A stretch of 64,000 nucleotides of DNA from Gammaproteobacteria bacterium. GTDB taxonomy: Bacteria > Pseudomonadota > Gammaproteobacteria > Eutrophobiales > Eutrophobiaceae. A program made the translations under genes and the position numbers. Positions 1-8,818 of this stretch are shown here, one piece after another. Every line of letters starts with the position of its first letter. Position 1 is the stretch's first letter. Below the pieces are notes generated by a model. The model did no database searches, was not told the DNA's origin, and saw only the letters and a list, made by a program, of their open reading frames with translations. The DNA lies in assembly GCA_965238225.1 (NCBI GenBank), contig OZ250183.1:896001-960000 (forward strand). The letters run 5' to 3'.

Positions 1-1
1 T

Positions 2-1567
2 GTTGTTGCCGTGTTAGGCTTCATCAGTATTGGCTTTTTAATGTTCACAATTTTCACTTCAAATCCTTTCTTACGGCATTTCCCTGTACCTATTGATGGG
101 GCTGATCTAAATCCTTTATTACAGGATCCTGTGATGGCAATACATCCGCCCATGCTTTATATGGGTTATGTTGGTTTTGCAGTACCATTTGCCTTTGCGA
201 TAACGGCACTAACACAAGGACGACTTGATGCAGCGTGGGCTTTGTGGGTTCGACCTTGGGCAATAGCAGCATGGATATGTTTAACTGCAGGCGTCACTTT
301 AGGCAGTTGGTGGGCCTACTATGAACTTGGTTGGGGTGGTTGGTGGTTTTGGGATCCTGTCGAGAATGCTTCATTTATGCCATGGTTAACAGGAACGGCA
401 TTAATTCATTCTTTGGCTGTAACAGAAAAACGTCGTAATTTGAAAAATTGGACAATCTTACTATGCGTCATTAGTTTTTCATTAAGCTTATTGGGTACAT
501 TCTTAGTTCGTTCTGGGGTATTAACATCCGTACATGCATTTGCTGCCGATCCTGCCAGAGGTATTTTTATATTAGTTTTTTTAGGCATTGTTGTCGGTAT
601 ATCTTTTTCTTTATTCGCTTTTCGTGCATGGCAGTTACGGTCTGCCAATCGTTTCAGTTTCATATCTCGAGAAATGGCATTATTGGCAAATAGCGTATTT
701 TTATTGATTGCTATGTTAACTATCCTTTTAGGAACGCTTTATCCGCTGATCTTAGAAGCACTGGGGGGCGGTAAGATTTCTGTTGGCTCACCATATTTTG
801 CGAGAGTATTTGTTCCTCTTATGATTCCTGTCGTTATTTTGTCCGGAATTGGCCCTTTCATAAATTGGAGAAATCATTCTTTATCTGAAATAGCAAAACG
901 CTTACGCCTGACAGCTATCCTTACAGTTGTCTTTGCAAGTGTACTGATAGTTTTTTTACCTGGAAAAGCAACATTCACATCGTGGTTTGGGTTGTTTTTG
1001 TTGTTTTGGGGTATCAATTGTTGTTTTACCTTATTGAAATATCGATTACGTCATGCCAGTAATAAATTACAAGGGCTCAAAAAAATAAAAAGAGGTTGGT
1101 ACGGAATGGTTATCGCTCATATTGGCCTAGTTTTCACAGTATTTGGTATAGCTTTGTCCAGCGTCTACAGTAAAGAAGAAGATATACATATGGTGCCTGG
1201 TGATGATAGAGAACTGGGTGCTTATCGTTTTGAGTTTATGGGCGTTGAAAGAAAATCTGGACCAAACTACCAAACTGATTTTGGTACAGTTCATGTATAT
1301 AAAGATGGAGTAAAATTGATGACATTGCATCCTGAAAAGCGGATTTATAATGTACGTAAGAACATAATGACAGAAGCAGCAATTCATTCAAATTTAGTAC
1401 GTGATTTATATGTTTCGCTTGGCGATAAGCGAAACGCAAATACAAATGCTTGGTCTATTCGACTCTATTATAAACCATTTATCTTATGGATTTGGTTAGG
1501 AGGTTTCACCATGGTCTTTGGTGGCTTACTTACTTTAACAGATGCGCGCTATCGTATAAAAAAATAA
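2..1567 (+). CDS. ccmF: Cytochrome c heme lyase subunit CcmF (5' end outside window)
   Basis: Contains the LNPLLQDP..IHPP motif, the WWD motif WAYYELGWGGWWFWDPVENASFMPW and SVHAFA; multiple TM helices; frame is open to the window edge. Confidence 0.97.
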   Translation, partial: VVAVLGFISIGFLMFTIFTSNPFLRHFPVPIDGADLNPLLQDPVMAIHPPMLYMGYVGFAVPFAFAITALTQGRLDAAWALWVRPWAIAAWICLTAGVTLGSWWAYYELGWGGWWFWDPVENASFMPWLTGTALIHSLAVTEKRRNLKNWTILLCVISFSLSLLGTFLVRSGVLTSVHAFAADPARGIFILVFLGIVVGISFSLFAFRAWQLRSANRFSFISREMALLANSVFLLIAMLTILLGTLYPLILEALGGGKISVGSPYFARVFVPLMIPVVILSGIGPFINWRNHSLSEIAKRLRLTAILTVVFASVLIVFLPGKATFTSWFGLFLLFWGINCCFTLLKYRLRHASNKLQGLKKIKRGWYGMVIAHIGLVFTVFGIALSSVYSKEEDIHMVPGDDRELGAYRFEFMGVERKSGPNYQTDFGTVHVYKDGVKLMTLHPEKRIYNVRKNIMTEAAIHSNLVRDLYVSLGDKRNANTNAWSIRLYYKPFILWIWLGGFTMVFGGLLTLTDARYRIKK

Positions 1568-1580
1568 CTTTATACAAACC

Positions 1581-2159
1581 ATGTCTCAGCCAATTGAAAT
1601 AATACAATCAAGCAAACCTAAACGATGGGTATACCTGTTACCTCTGTTTGTACTTTTAGGGTTAATGGTATTTTTCGTCATTGGTTTGGGTCTTAATCCA
1701 AGGTTATTGCCATCACCATTAATAAATCAACCAGCACCTGAATTTTCATTACCATCATTAAATGACCCTGATAAATTAATTAGCCAAGCTGATTTTAAAG
1801 GTGATGTTAGCCTGTTAAATATTTGGGCAACATGGTGTACTTCGTGCCGCCAAGAACACTCCATACTAATGAGTATCACCGAAAGCAACGTCGCACCAAT
1901 TTACGGTTTATTGTATAAAGATCAACCTGAAAATGCCATTGTTTGGTTGGAAAAATATGGAAATCCATATAAAGCTAATGCCGTTGATATGGATGGCAGG
2001 GTTAGTATTGAATGGGGTTCGTATGGGACACCAGAAACATTCATTATCGATAAAGAAGGCATTATTCGCTATAAACATGTTGGTCCGATTAGTCAGCACG
2101 TTTGGCACAATACGCTATTGCCTATGATTCAAACATTACAAAATAAAAACGATGCATAG
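1581..2159 (+). CDS. ccmG: Thiol:disulfide oxidoreductase CcmG/DsbE
   Basis: N-terminal TM, WATWCTSC CxxC motif, GTPETFIID; follows ccmF. Confidence 0.95.
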   Translation: MSQPIEIIQSSKPKRWVYLLPLFVLLGLMVFFVIGLGLNPRLLPSPLINQPAPEFSLPSLNDPDKLISQADFKGDVSLLNIWATWCTSCRQEHSILMSITESNVAPIYGLLYKDQPENAIVWLEKYGNPYKANAVDMDGRVSIEWGSYGTPETFIIDKEGIIRYKHVGPISQHVWHNTLLPMIQTLQNKNDA

Positions 2160-2616
2160 AATCTTTCTCTTAAGTTTATTTTTATTCAATACAGCATTCG
2201 TGTCAGCAGAGATTGCCGGGTTTCCATTTGAATCTGCAGCGCAGGAAGATAGGTTTAGAAGTCTTGCAAGTGAATTACGTTGTTTGGTTTGTCAAAATCA
2301 GTCTTTGCAAGATTCGAATGCGGGTTTGGCTCAGGATCTACGTTCAGAATTATATAAGCAGGTCATTAAAGGGAATTCAGAAGAACAGATTGTTAGTTTT
2401 ATGACGAATCGTTATGGGGATTTTATTTTATATAAGCCAAGAGTTAATAAAAAAACTGCATTACTATGGACACTGCCATTTATATTTTTGATCGTTGGAA
2501 TTATATCCCTGTTTCGAATAGGTAGAAATGAAAATAAAGATATGTCGGAACATGAAGATGATGATGAATTAAAAAAGATACGAAAATTATTAGAGAACGA
2601 AGCAGAATTGAAATGA
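2152..2616 (+). CDS. ccmH: Cytochrome c biogenesis protein CcmH
   Basis: LRCLVCQNQS motif, RYGDFILYKP, C-terminal TM. Confidence 0.95.
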   Translation: MHRIFLLSLFLFNTAFVSAEIAGFPFESAAQEDRFRSLASELRCLVCQNQSLQDSNAGLAQDLRSELYKQVIKGNSEEQIVSFMTNRYGDFILYKPRVNKKTALLWTLPFIFLIVGIISLFRIGRNENKDMSEHEDDDELKKIRKLLENEAELK

Positions 2617-3443
2617 TGTATTTGTTTATCATTGCAAGCAGTATCGCGGTAATTTTTGTATCAATTTTACCTTTATTCTTTAAGAGGAATAAGAAAGTTA
2701 TTGTCGAACGTGATGCTGTCAATATTAAATCAGCCGCAAATCGTTTATCAGATTTAAAACAAGCGCTGGAAAATAGAGAAATAACAGAAGATGAATTCCA
2801 GAGTTTTCGACAAGAGTTAGAAATTTCTGCACTTGAAGATTTACGTACAAATAAATCTGTTACAACAGATACAAACAAAGGCAACAAAATACTCGTCGCT
2901 ATCGTTGTTTTATTGGTTCCACTGTTTGTTATTTTTACATATAAAAAAATTGGTAACGAAGAAGCACTTTTGGGGCAAGCACCTAGCCAGGAAGATAATG
3001 TTAAACATATTGACGATGAGCTTGAAAAAATACTCGCAACTGTTGAGGCCGATGTAAAAAATAAACCTGATAATGTGGAAGGCCGTATTGCACTAGGTCA
3101 GGCTTATGTTGCAATGGAGCGTTACGGCCAAGCAGAAGCTATTTACAAAGAGGCTTATGAATTGCGCCCGCAGGAACCAGATATTTTGGTTAACTATGCT
3201 GAAGCTATGGCACGGTCTCATGGCAACCGTTTATCAGGTAGGCCAGCAGAATTATTAAATGATGCACTGAAAATAGAGCCTAGTCATAAGCGTGCACTTT
3301 GGCTTGCAGGATTTGCCGAAATACAAGGAAATAACAAACAGCAAGCGATTTTATATTGGCGCAAACTACTGTCTGGCTTGGACACAGATTCTGAAATGTT
3401 TAAACAGGTGCAAAAAACACTTCAGGATCTTGAATCCTGGTAA
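2613..3443 (+). CDS. ccmI: CcmI/CycH N-terminal TM and TPR part (C-terminal domain lies in a different frame)
   Basis: Two TM helices and TPR-like repeats (ALGQAYVAMERYGQA, RALWLAGFA); position after ccmH. Confidence 0.88.
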   Translation: MMYLFIIASSIAVIFVSILPLFFKRNKKVIVERDAVNIKSAANRLSDLKQALENREITEDEFQSFRQELEISALEDLRTNKSVTTDTNKGNKILVAIVVLLVPLFVIFTYKKIGNEEALLGQAPSQEDNVKHIDDELEKILATVEADVKNKPDNVEGRIALGQAYVAMERYGQAEAIYKEAYELRPQEPDILVNYAEAMARSHGNRLSGRPAELLNDALKIEPSHKRALWLAGFAEIQGNNKQQAILYWRKLLSGLDTDSEMFKQVQKTLQDLESW

Positions 3444-3834
3444 ATCCTTATCAGATTCCAAGGTAGTTGCACATTCCAGTACTTTGCAACAATCTATCCA
3501 AGTGAATGTTTCTTTGTCTAAAGAATTATTGGGCAAGTTAAACAAAGACGCAGCGTTGTTTGTGTTTGCAAAGGCTGAACAGGGTTCGCCTATGCCTTTA
3601 GCAGTCTATCGTGGACTGGCTAAAGATCTTCCTGCAAGTGTCACGCTCGATGACAGTATGGCAATGGTAAAGGGGATGGCACTTTCAGATTTTCCAAAAA
3701 TAATTGTGGGCGCAAGGTTGTCTGGTAGTGGTAAGCCTCAAGGCGAGCCCGGCGACTATGAAGGTTTCTTTGAGGTCATTGAACTCTCTATGACACCCGT
3801 AGTAGATATCAAAATTGACACAATACAAAATTGA
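3430..3834 (+). pseudogene. ccmI: Frameshifted C-terminal domain of CcmI
   Basis: The +1 frame reads VNVSLS..LFVFAKAEQGSPMPLAV..LPASVTLDDSMAM..VGARLSGSG..GDYEG, typical of the CcmI C-terminus; no convincing independent start. Confidence 0.8.
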
Positions 3835-4020
3835 TACAGTTATAATCCCTAAGAGCAATACCTACCTCAAACTGAGGTAGTATAAGCTAAAGGCTGGCAC
3901 TACTAAATATTAATGTTTTGTACTATGCTTATTACCATCTTAGCACTAGCATGAATCCACGGATATATATTTTTTATGAGCGCTATCGCAAAACCTTATC
4001 TTGAGAGAAATATCCTTTAA

Positions 4021-4539
4021 ATGACTGGCACAGCCGATAGAAAAAAGTTTTTAATTCATTTACGCCGTATAAGCACTCTATTTAGCAACGCTATTATGAA
4101 TGGTCCGGATGGTACGCTTGAAGGAAAATACGCAGAAGAGCATCCACTTTTTATTCACTATGCATGTAGCCTATACCTAATTGGCACCATAGCATACTTA
4201 GCAGGAGAAGATGGAGCTTATTCTTGGAAGAAGTCGTCTGATATTCATCAAGATTTTGATCAGTTCGCAGCAGAACACCCTACGGGAAAAAAATGGACTT
4301 TTGGGTCTCGAGGAATTACCCGATTCAATTTAGATGCTTTGGCGCAGCTTCGAAACGCAGTAGCTCATCACGACGGAGACCTTTCAGAAAACAATAATAA
4401 GAGCAGCTTAGAAATGGTTACGCAAGCAAGTATTCCGGGAGTATGCCTACGTGGATCAATAGCAAGGCTTGAGCATCCTATTCTCGAGCACACTCGAATA
4501 ACAGCGCTCGCAGTTAGATGTTACTTTGGAGATGGGTGA
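4021..4539 (+). CDS. Hypothetical protein with HEPN-like Rx4H motif (putative RNase/toxin)
   Basis: 172-aa helical ORF containing LRNAVAHHDG (RNAVAH). Confidence 0.55.
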   Translation: MTGTADRKKFLIHLRRISTLFSNAIMNGPDGTLEGKYAEEHPLFIHYACSLYLIGTIAYLAGEDGAYSWKKSSDIHQDFDQFAAEHPTGKKWTFGSRGITRFNLDALAQLRNAVAHHDGDLSENNNKSSLEMVTQASIPGVCLRGSIARLEHPILEHTRITALAVRCYFGDG

Positions 4540-4562
4540 AACATTTATGCTGCGAAAGTTTC

Positions 4563-4602
4563 GCATAACAAGCGCATGCAGTCCTCCTGAAGAGCGTTAC
4601 TG
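4563..4602 (+). other. Collapsed attC-like integron cassette recombination site remnant
   Basis: GCATAAC-aagcg-catgcagtc...cctgaagagc-GTTACTG, 24 nt after the HEPN ORF stop; R''/L''-like start and GTTA end, but much shorter than a functional attC. Confidence 0.45.
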
Positions 4603-4763
4603 TTTTGTCTGAAGAGTTAAAATACAATTTGGAGATACCAATGGGGCGTAGTAGGCATGGTCTTGAGACAATTTATAAATCATATACTATTGATGAGTTA
4701 TTAAATATGTATTCAAAAACTACAATGCAAAGCACAAACCGACGAAAGGAAAAATAGGTACAA

Positions 4764-4910
4764 ATGGCAAAGAAAAATAATACAAAATCAAAATCTATAG
4801 AAGAAACCCTTTGGCAATCGTGTGATAAATTGAGAGGTTCGGTAGAGCCATCTGAATACATCTTGTTGTCGTGCTGCGATAAAGTATTCGATAAGCTTAT
4901 AATTGTTTGA
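4764..4910 (+). pseudogene. hsdM: 5' fragment of type I R-M methyltransferase HsdM
   Basis: Translates to MAKKNNTKSKSIEETLWQSCDKLRGSVEPSEY, matching the HsdM N-terminal LW..adkLRG..epseY pattern; similarity breaks at ~4860 and a stop follows. Confidence 0.8.
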
Positions 4911-5000
4911 GTCTGTTTAAGCTACTCTTTACATTTTGCCTTCAATAATACATTGTAGATATTATCAAGGACAGTTTCAGTAAAAATACTATAGAACTCT

Positions 5001-5819
5001 ATGGAAATAATAATTTTAGAAAATGCAGATTCTGTCGCAGTTCTGGGCGCTCAGCGCATATCCGAGTTGGTAAATAAAAAGCCGAGAGCTGCATTGGGGT
5101 TAGCGACAGGCAGTACGCCTATTGCCATGTATCAACATTTAATTCTACTCAACCAACAGCAGCAGGTTAGCTTTCAAGAGGTCACAACTTTTAATCTCGA
5201 TGAATATATTGGCATTGATTCTAATAATCCGCAGAGCTATCGATCTTTTATGAACCGGGAGCTGTTAGAAGCAATTGATATTAATTTGGCTAATACACAT
5301 TTCCCGACTTGTAAAAGCGGTCAAAATCCAAGGCAGATAGGCGAGCAATATGAGCAGTCAATAGTGCAGGCTGGCGGTATAGATTTGCAAGTTCTTGGAA
5401 TTGGTAGCAATGGGCATATTGGATTCAATGAACCCACCTCGAGCTTATCATCTAGAACCCGTGTAAAAACCCTTACGCAGGCTACGGTGAAAGACAATAG
5501 TCGTCTATTCTCCAAGAACGAATTTCAGCCTCGTTTGGCTATGACTATGGGAATAGCCACCATTTTGGATGCGCGTCAAACTATTCTTCTTGCAACAGGG
5601 GAAGCTAAGGCAGAAGCGGTTCACAATGCAATTGAAAACCCACTGTCTGTTAGTTGTCCAGCTTCCGCATTGCAGATGCAACAACATGCTACTTTTATTT
5701 TGGATGAAGCCGCAGCGTCAGCATTGAAATATTCCTCTTATTATCAATGGGCGCACAAAGAAAATGAGCCATTGATAGAGTCATATGGAAACTTTTATAA
5801 AATTGGATTCAATGAATAA
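5001..5819 (+). CDS. nagB: Glucosamine-6-phosphate deaminase
   Basis: LGLATGSTP, TFNLDEY and LGIGSNGHIGFNEP motifs. Confidence 0.95.
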   Translation: MEIIILENADSVAVLGAQRISELVNKKPRAALGLATGSTPIAMYQHLILLNQQQQVSFQEVTTFNLDEYIGIDSNNPQSYRSFMNRELLEAIDINLANTHFPTCKSGQNPRQIGEQYEQSIVQAGGIDLQVLGIGSNGHIGFNEPTSSLSSRTRVKTLTQATVKDNSRLFSKNEFQPRLAMTMGIATILDARQTILLATGEAKAEAVHNAIENPLSVSCPASALQMQQHATFILDEAAASALKYSSYYQWAHKENEPLIESYGNFYKIGFNE

Positions 5820-5829
5820 GAAAAAATAT

Positions 5830-5955
5830 AACTTATGGGCAACAGAAACAATGGGTCATGCAAAGCACCCGCTGGAACTTTTCCAGCGTGTGATTACAGT
5901 CAGTATTGAAACAATGAAAATTGTAAACGCATTGCCTAAACTTGATATTGATTAG
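5830..5955 (+). pseudogene. 3' fragment of a type ISP (single-polypeptide helicase-methylase) R-M enzyme
   Basis: Translates to NLWATETMGHAKHPLELFQRVITVSIETMKIVNALPKLDID*, resembling the conserved type ISP C-terminus (YPLEL..RVITVSLETMKIV..LP.L); no start codon. Confidence 0.7.
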
Positions 5956-6026
5956 AAAATAGGTATGAACACGTTGCTTAATAATTTAATAATTCCCTTA
6001 TTGTCCTATTCCGCAGGATACATCGA

Positions 6027-7197
6027 ATGACTGTTAGTAATCGTGCAAAAGTAAATCGTGATTTGCTGAAGTGGGGGAAGGCAAATGTCTGGTATGCCGC
6101 TATCAGTCGCTGCTAGAAAAATTTGCGTTAAGAAAAAAAAGCTAAAGGACTGGGAAGACGGTGAAAGTCATCCAACTATCACACAACTTCGTAAGTTAGC
6201 CAATACTTACAAACAAAGTTTTGCTGTATTTTTCCTACAAGAAGCACCTACCGTTCCAAAATTTCCGCTAAAAGACTATCGCCGCCTACCCGGTTCTATA
6301 AGCCATGAGGTCGGCCATGAAATTACTATGGATGTTAGGAGTGCACAGGATAGACGATTAATAATACTTGATTTAATGCAGCTGAATGGCATTGAGCCTG
6401 ATAAATTTACATATCATGGAGCGATAGATGAAGGCGCGGATGTTCTTTCCAAGCGTATTCGTAGTAATTTGGATTTTTCGTTTTCTGAACAGATAAAACT
6501 ACGAAATCCAAGAGAGAAGTTTAAATATTGGCGTGCAGTACTGGAAGATTTTGGTGTTTTAGTATTTCAAAGTTCAGCTGTTGATATTGGCTATATGCGA
6601 GGGTATTCAATATATGATGATTATTTTCCCATTATTGTTGTAAACCGAAAAGATGCGGAAGTAGCAAGAATTTTCACCATGTTTCATGAACTGGTGCATA
6701 TTTACCTTCGTGCCAGTGGATTGTGTGATTTAGAAGCTAGAATGGATCTTCCGCCGGAAGAACAAGGATTAGAGCAGTTTTGCAATGATGTTGCTGCGAA
6801 TACCTTAGTGCCAAAGGAACATTTTACCAATAATGAAATTCTTCTAAAAAACGATACGGGCATTTGGACTGACGTAGAAATTAATAGCCTTGCTAAAGAA
6901 TATTGTGTTAGTCGTGAAATGATTGCACGAAGACTGGTTGAAGTGGGTCGTGCAGATGGAGTGTTTTACCGAGATAAACGGAATCAATACCTTGATGAAT
7001 ATAAAAAGGCTAGAGCTAATAAATCCGGTGGTTTTGTTTCGCCTGAGGTAAATGTTCTAAGTAAGGGCGGTCGTATGTTTTCTGGTTTAGTCATTCAGTC
7101 TTTGAAGTCAAAGAAAATAAATTCAACGCAGGCGTCAGAATTGCTGGGCCTTAAATTAGAGTATATTAAGAAAATAAGTACTTCGCTGGGGTATTAG
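6027..7197 (+). CDS. XRE HTH plus ImmA/IrrE metallopeptidase (probable frameshift in G5 tract near the 5' end; intact ORF from 6085)
   Basis: HTH (DWEDGESHPTITQLRKLA) and RIFTMFHELVH HExxH, then EQFCNDVAANTLVP; upstream ATG 6027 gives MTVSNRAKVNRDLLKW in another frame. Confidence 0.85.
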
Positions 7198-7208
7198 CAG
7201 ATTAAGTT

Positions 7209-7700
7209 ATGGAACTGGCGACACTATCTAAAACAAAGGATGTTTATGTGATAGATACGTGTTCACTTATCGCCATGATTGAAATATATCCGCAAGATGT
7301 TTTCCCCGGCGTATGGGAAAAAATTGATGAATTAATAGATGAATGTAAAATTATATCTGTTGATGATGTATATATAGAATTAAGTTCAAAAGATGATGAT
7401 ATTTATAAATGGGCAGGTAATAGAAAACATATTTTCAAAGAACTGGGTGATGAAATTCAGGGATCAGCCACTAAAATACTTGATACACATGCCAACTTGA
7501 TAGACCCAAGAATAAAAAAGTCCAGCGCAGACCCCTTTTTAATTGCAGTGGCGCGTGTTCATGGTGGGATTGTTGTGACGGAAGAAAATTATAGTGGTAG
7601 CGACCATAAATCAAAGATTCCCGATGTGTGCCGTTATTACAAGATTGATTGTATAGATTTACTGAAAATGCTTAGGCGTGAGAATTTAAAGCTTACGTAA
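7209..7700 (+). CDS. PIN-domain protein, DUF4411 family
   Basis: YVIDTCSLI, ADPFLIAVA, VVTEE and KIPDVC motifs; directly after the XRE-IrrE gene, the usual pairing. Confidence 0.85.
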   Translation: MELATLSKTKDVYVIDTCSLIAMIEIYPQDVFPGVWEKIDELIDECKIISVDDVYIELSSKDDDIYKWAGNRKHIFKELGDEIQGSATKILDTHANLIDPRIKKSSADPFLIAVARVHGGIVVTEENYSGSDHKSKIPDVCRYYKIDCIDLLKMLRRENLKLT

Positions 7701-7756
7701 TGTGGTTCAAGGTAAAAGTAAAATACATGCCGAAATGTAAAACGTAAATTGTGTAA

Positions 7757-8116
7757 TGGTGGAGGCGGCGGGAGTCGAACCCGCGTCCGCAAGCACTCTG
7801 CCTTTGGCTCTACATGTTTATTCTATCTATTAATTTAGCCCTACATTACCCGACAGACAGGGAAAACATAAAGCGAGTTCGGGTAAGTTTTAACGAATCC
7901 ACACCGAACATGTTTCATCGCGATCTTATATGAGTCGACCCCGGTTATTTGAGCGTATAAGCACGCATCAAGCCGAGGGCACTATGCTGGTTATTAAGCA
8001 GCTAGAGCGTAGTTGTCGTCGTTGGCAACTATAATTTTGTAGTCAGATTTACGAGGAAACTACACCTCGACATGCACCTTGGGTTTCGCTACCCACGTCG
8101 AAGCCATTACGCCCCC
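7757..8116 (-). ncRNA. ssrA: tmRNA
   Basis: Minus strand has 5' GGGGGCG and 3' GGTTCGACTCCCGCCGCCTCCACCA with G3-U wobble; tag reading frame ANDDNYALAA* at 8026-7994; adjacent to smpB. Confidence 0.97.
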
Positions 8117-8185
8117 CGTAGTTTTAAAACCATTAGTAATCTCGGATTGTACGGCATAAGGCACTTAGAAAACAGAGCAAAAGAA

Positions 8186-8665
8186 TTAATTGCGAATCTT
8201 TAATAGCCTTTGTTTTTCGCGTTTCCAGTCGCTTTCCTTTTCTGCTGCGCGCTTGTCGTAGGTTTTTTTACCAAGGCCGACACCAATCTCAAGTTTGATT
8301 AGGCCATGTTTCCAGTAAAGCGCCAGAGGGACTAGGGTGAAGCCTTTACGTTCCACGACACCGATAAGGCGGTTTAATTCGGTTCGATGTAATAGGCATT
8401 TTCGATTGCGCGTGGGGTCGGGTTTGCTATGGGTCGATGCCGTAGGTAGCGCTGAAATATTTGCGCCAAAGAGGAATGCTTCGCCATTTTGCAGCAAAAT
8501 GTAACTTTCTTTGATCTGAACACGGCCTGCGCGAATGCTTTTGACTTCCCAGCCTTCTAATGACAAGCCTGCTTCATATCGATCTTCTATAAAATAGTTG
8601 CGTCTGGCTTTCTTGTTGAGCGAGATGGTATTATTTTTTAATTTCTCTTTTTTGGTTCTTCCCAC
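8186..8665 (-). CDS. smpB: SsrA-binding protein SmpB
   Basis: [23 protein letters not shown] and GKKTYDKR; probable GTG start at 8665. Confidence 0.97.
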   Translation of the reverse strand: MGRTKKEKLKNNTISLNKKARRNYFIEDRYEAGLSLEGWEVKSIRAGRVQIKESYILLQNGEAFLFGANISALPTASTHSKPDPTRNRKCLLHRTELNRLIGVVERKGFTLVPLALYWKHGLIKLEIGVGLGKKTYDKRAAEKESDWKREKQRLLKIRN

Positions 8666-8818
8666 AACAAATCCCGCCCAGTCCAGCGTGCACCTTGGTT
8701 GAAGGTGTAATTGTATACCCAAATTACTTTAAAATGCAGGCTTCACAGGTTTTGAACTTAAGAACCTTGAGGGAAATGGTAAATTCACGCAGAATGAATC
8801 TTGTTTATTTGATGGAGA

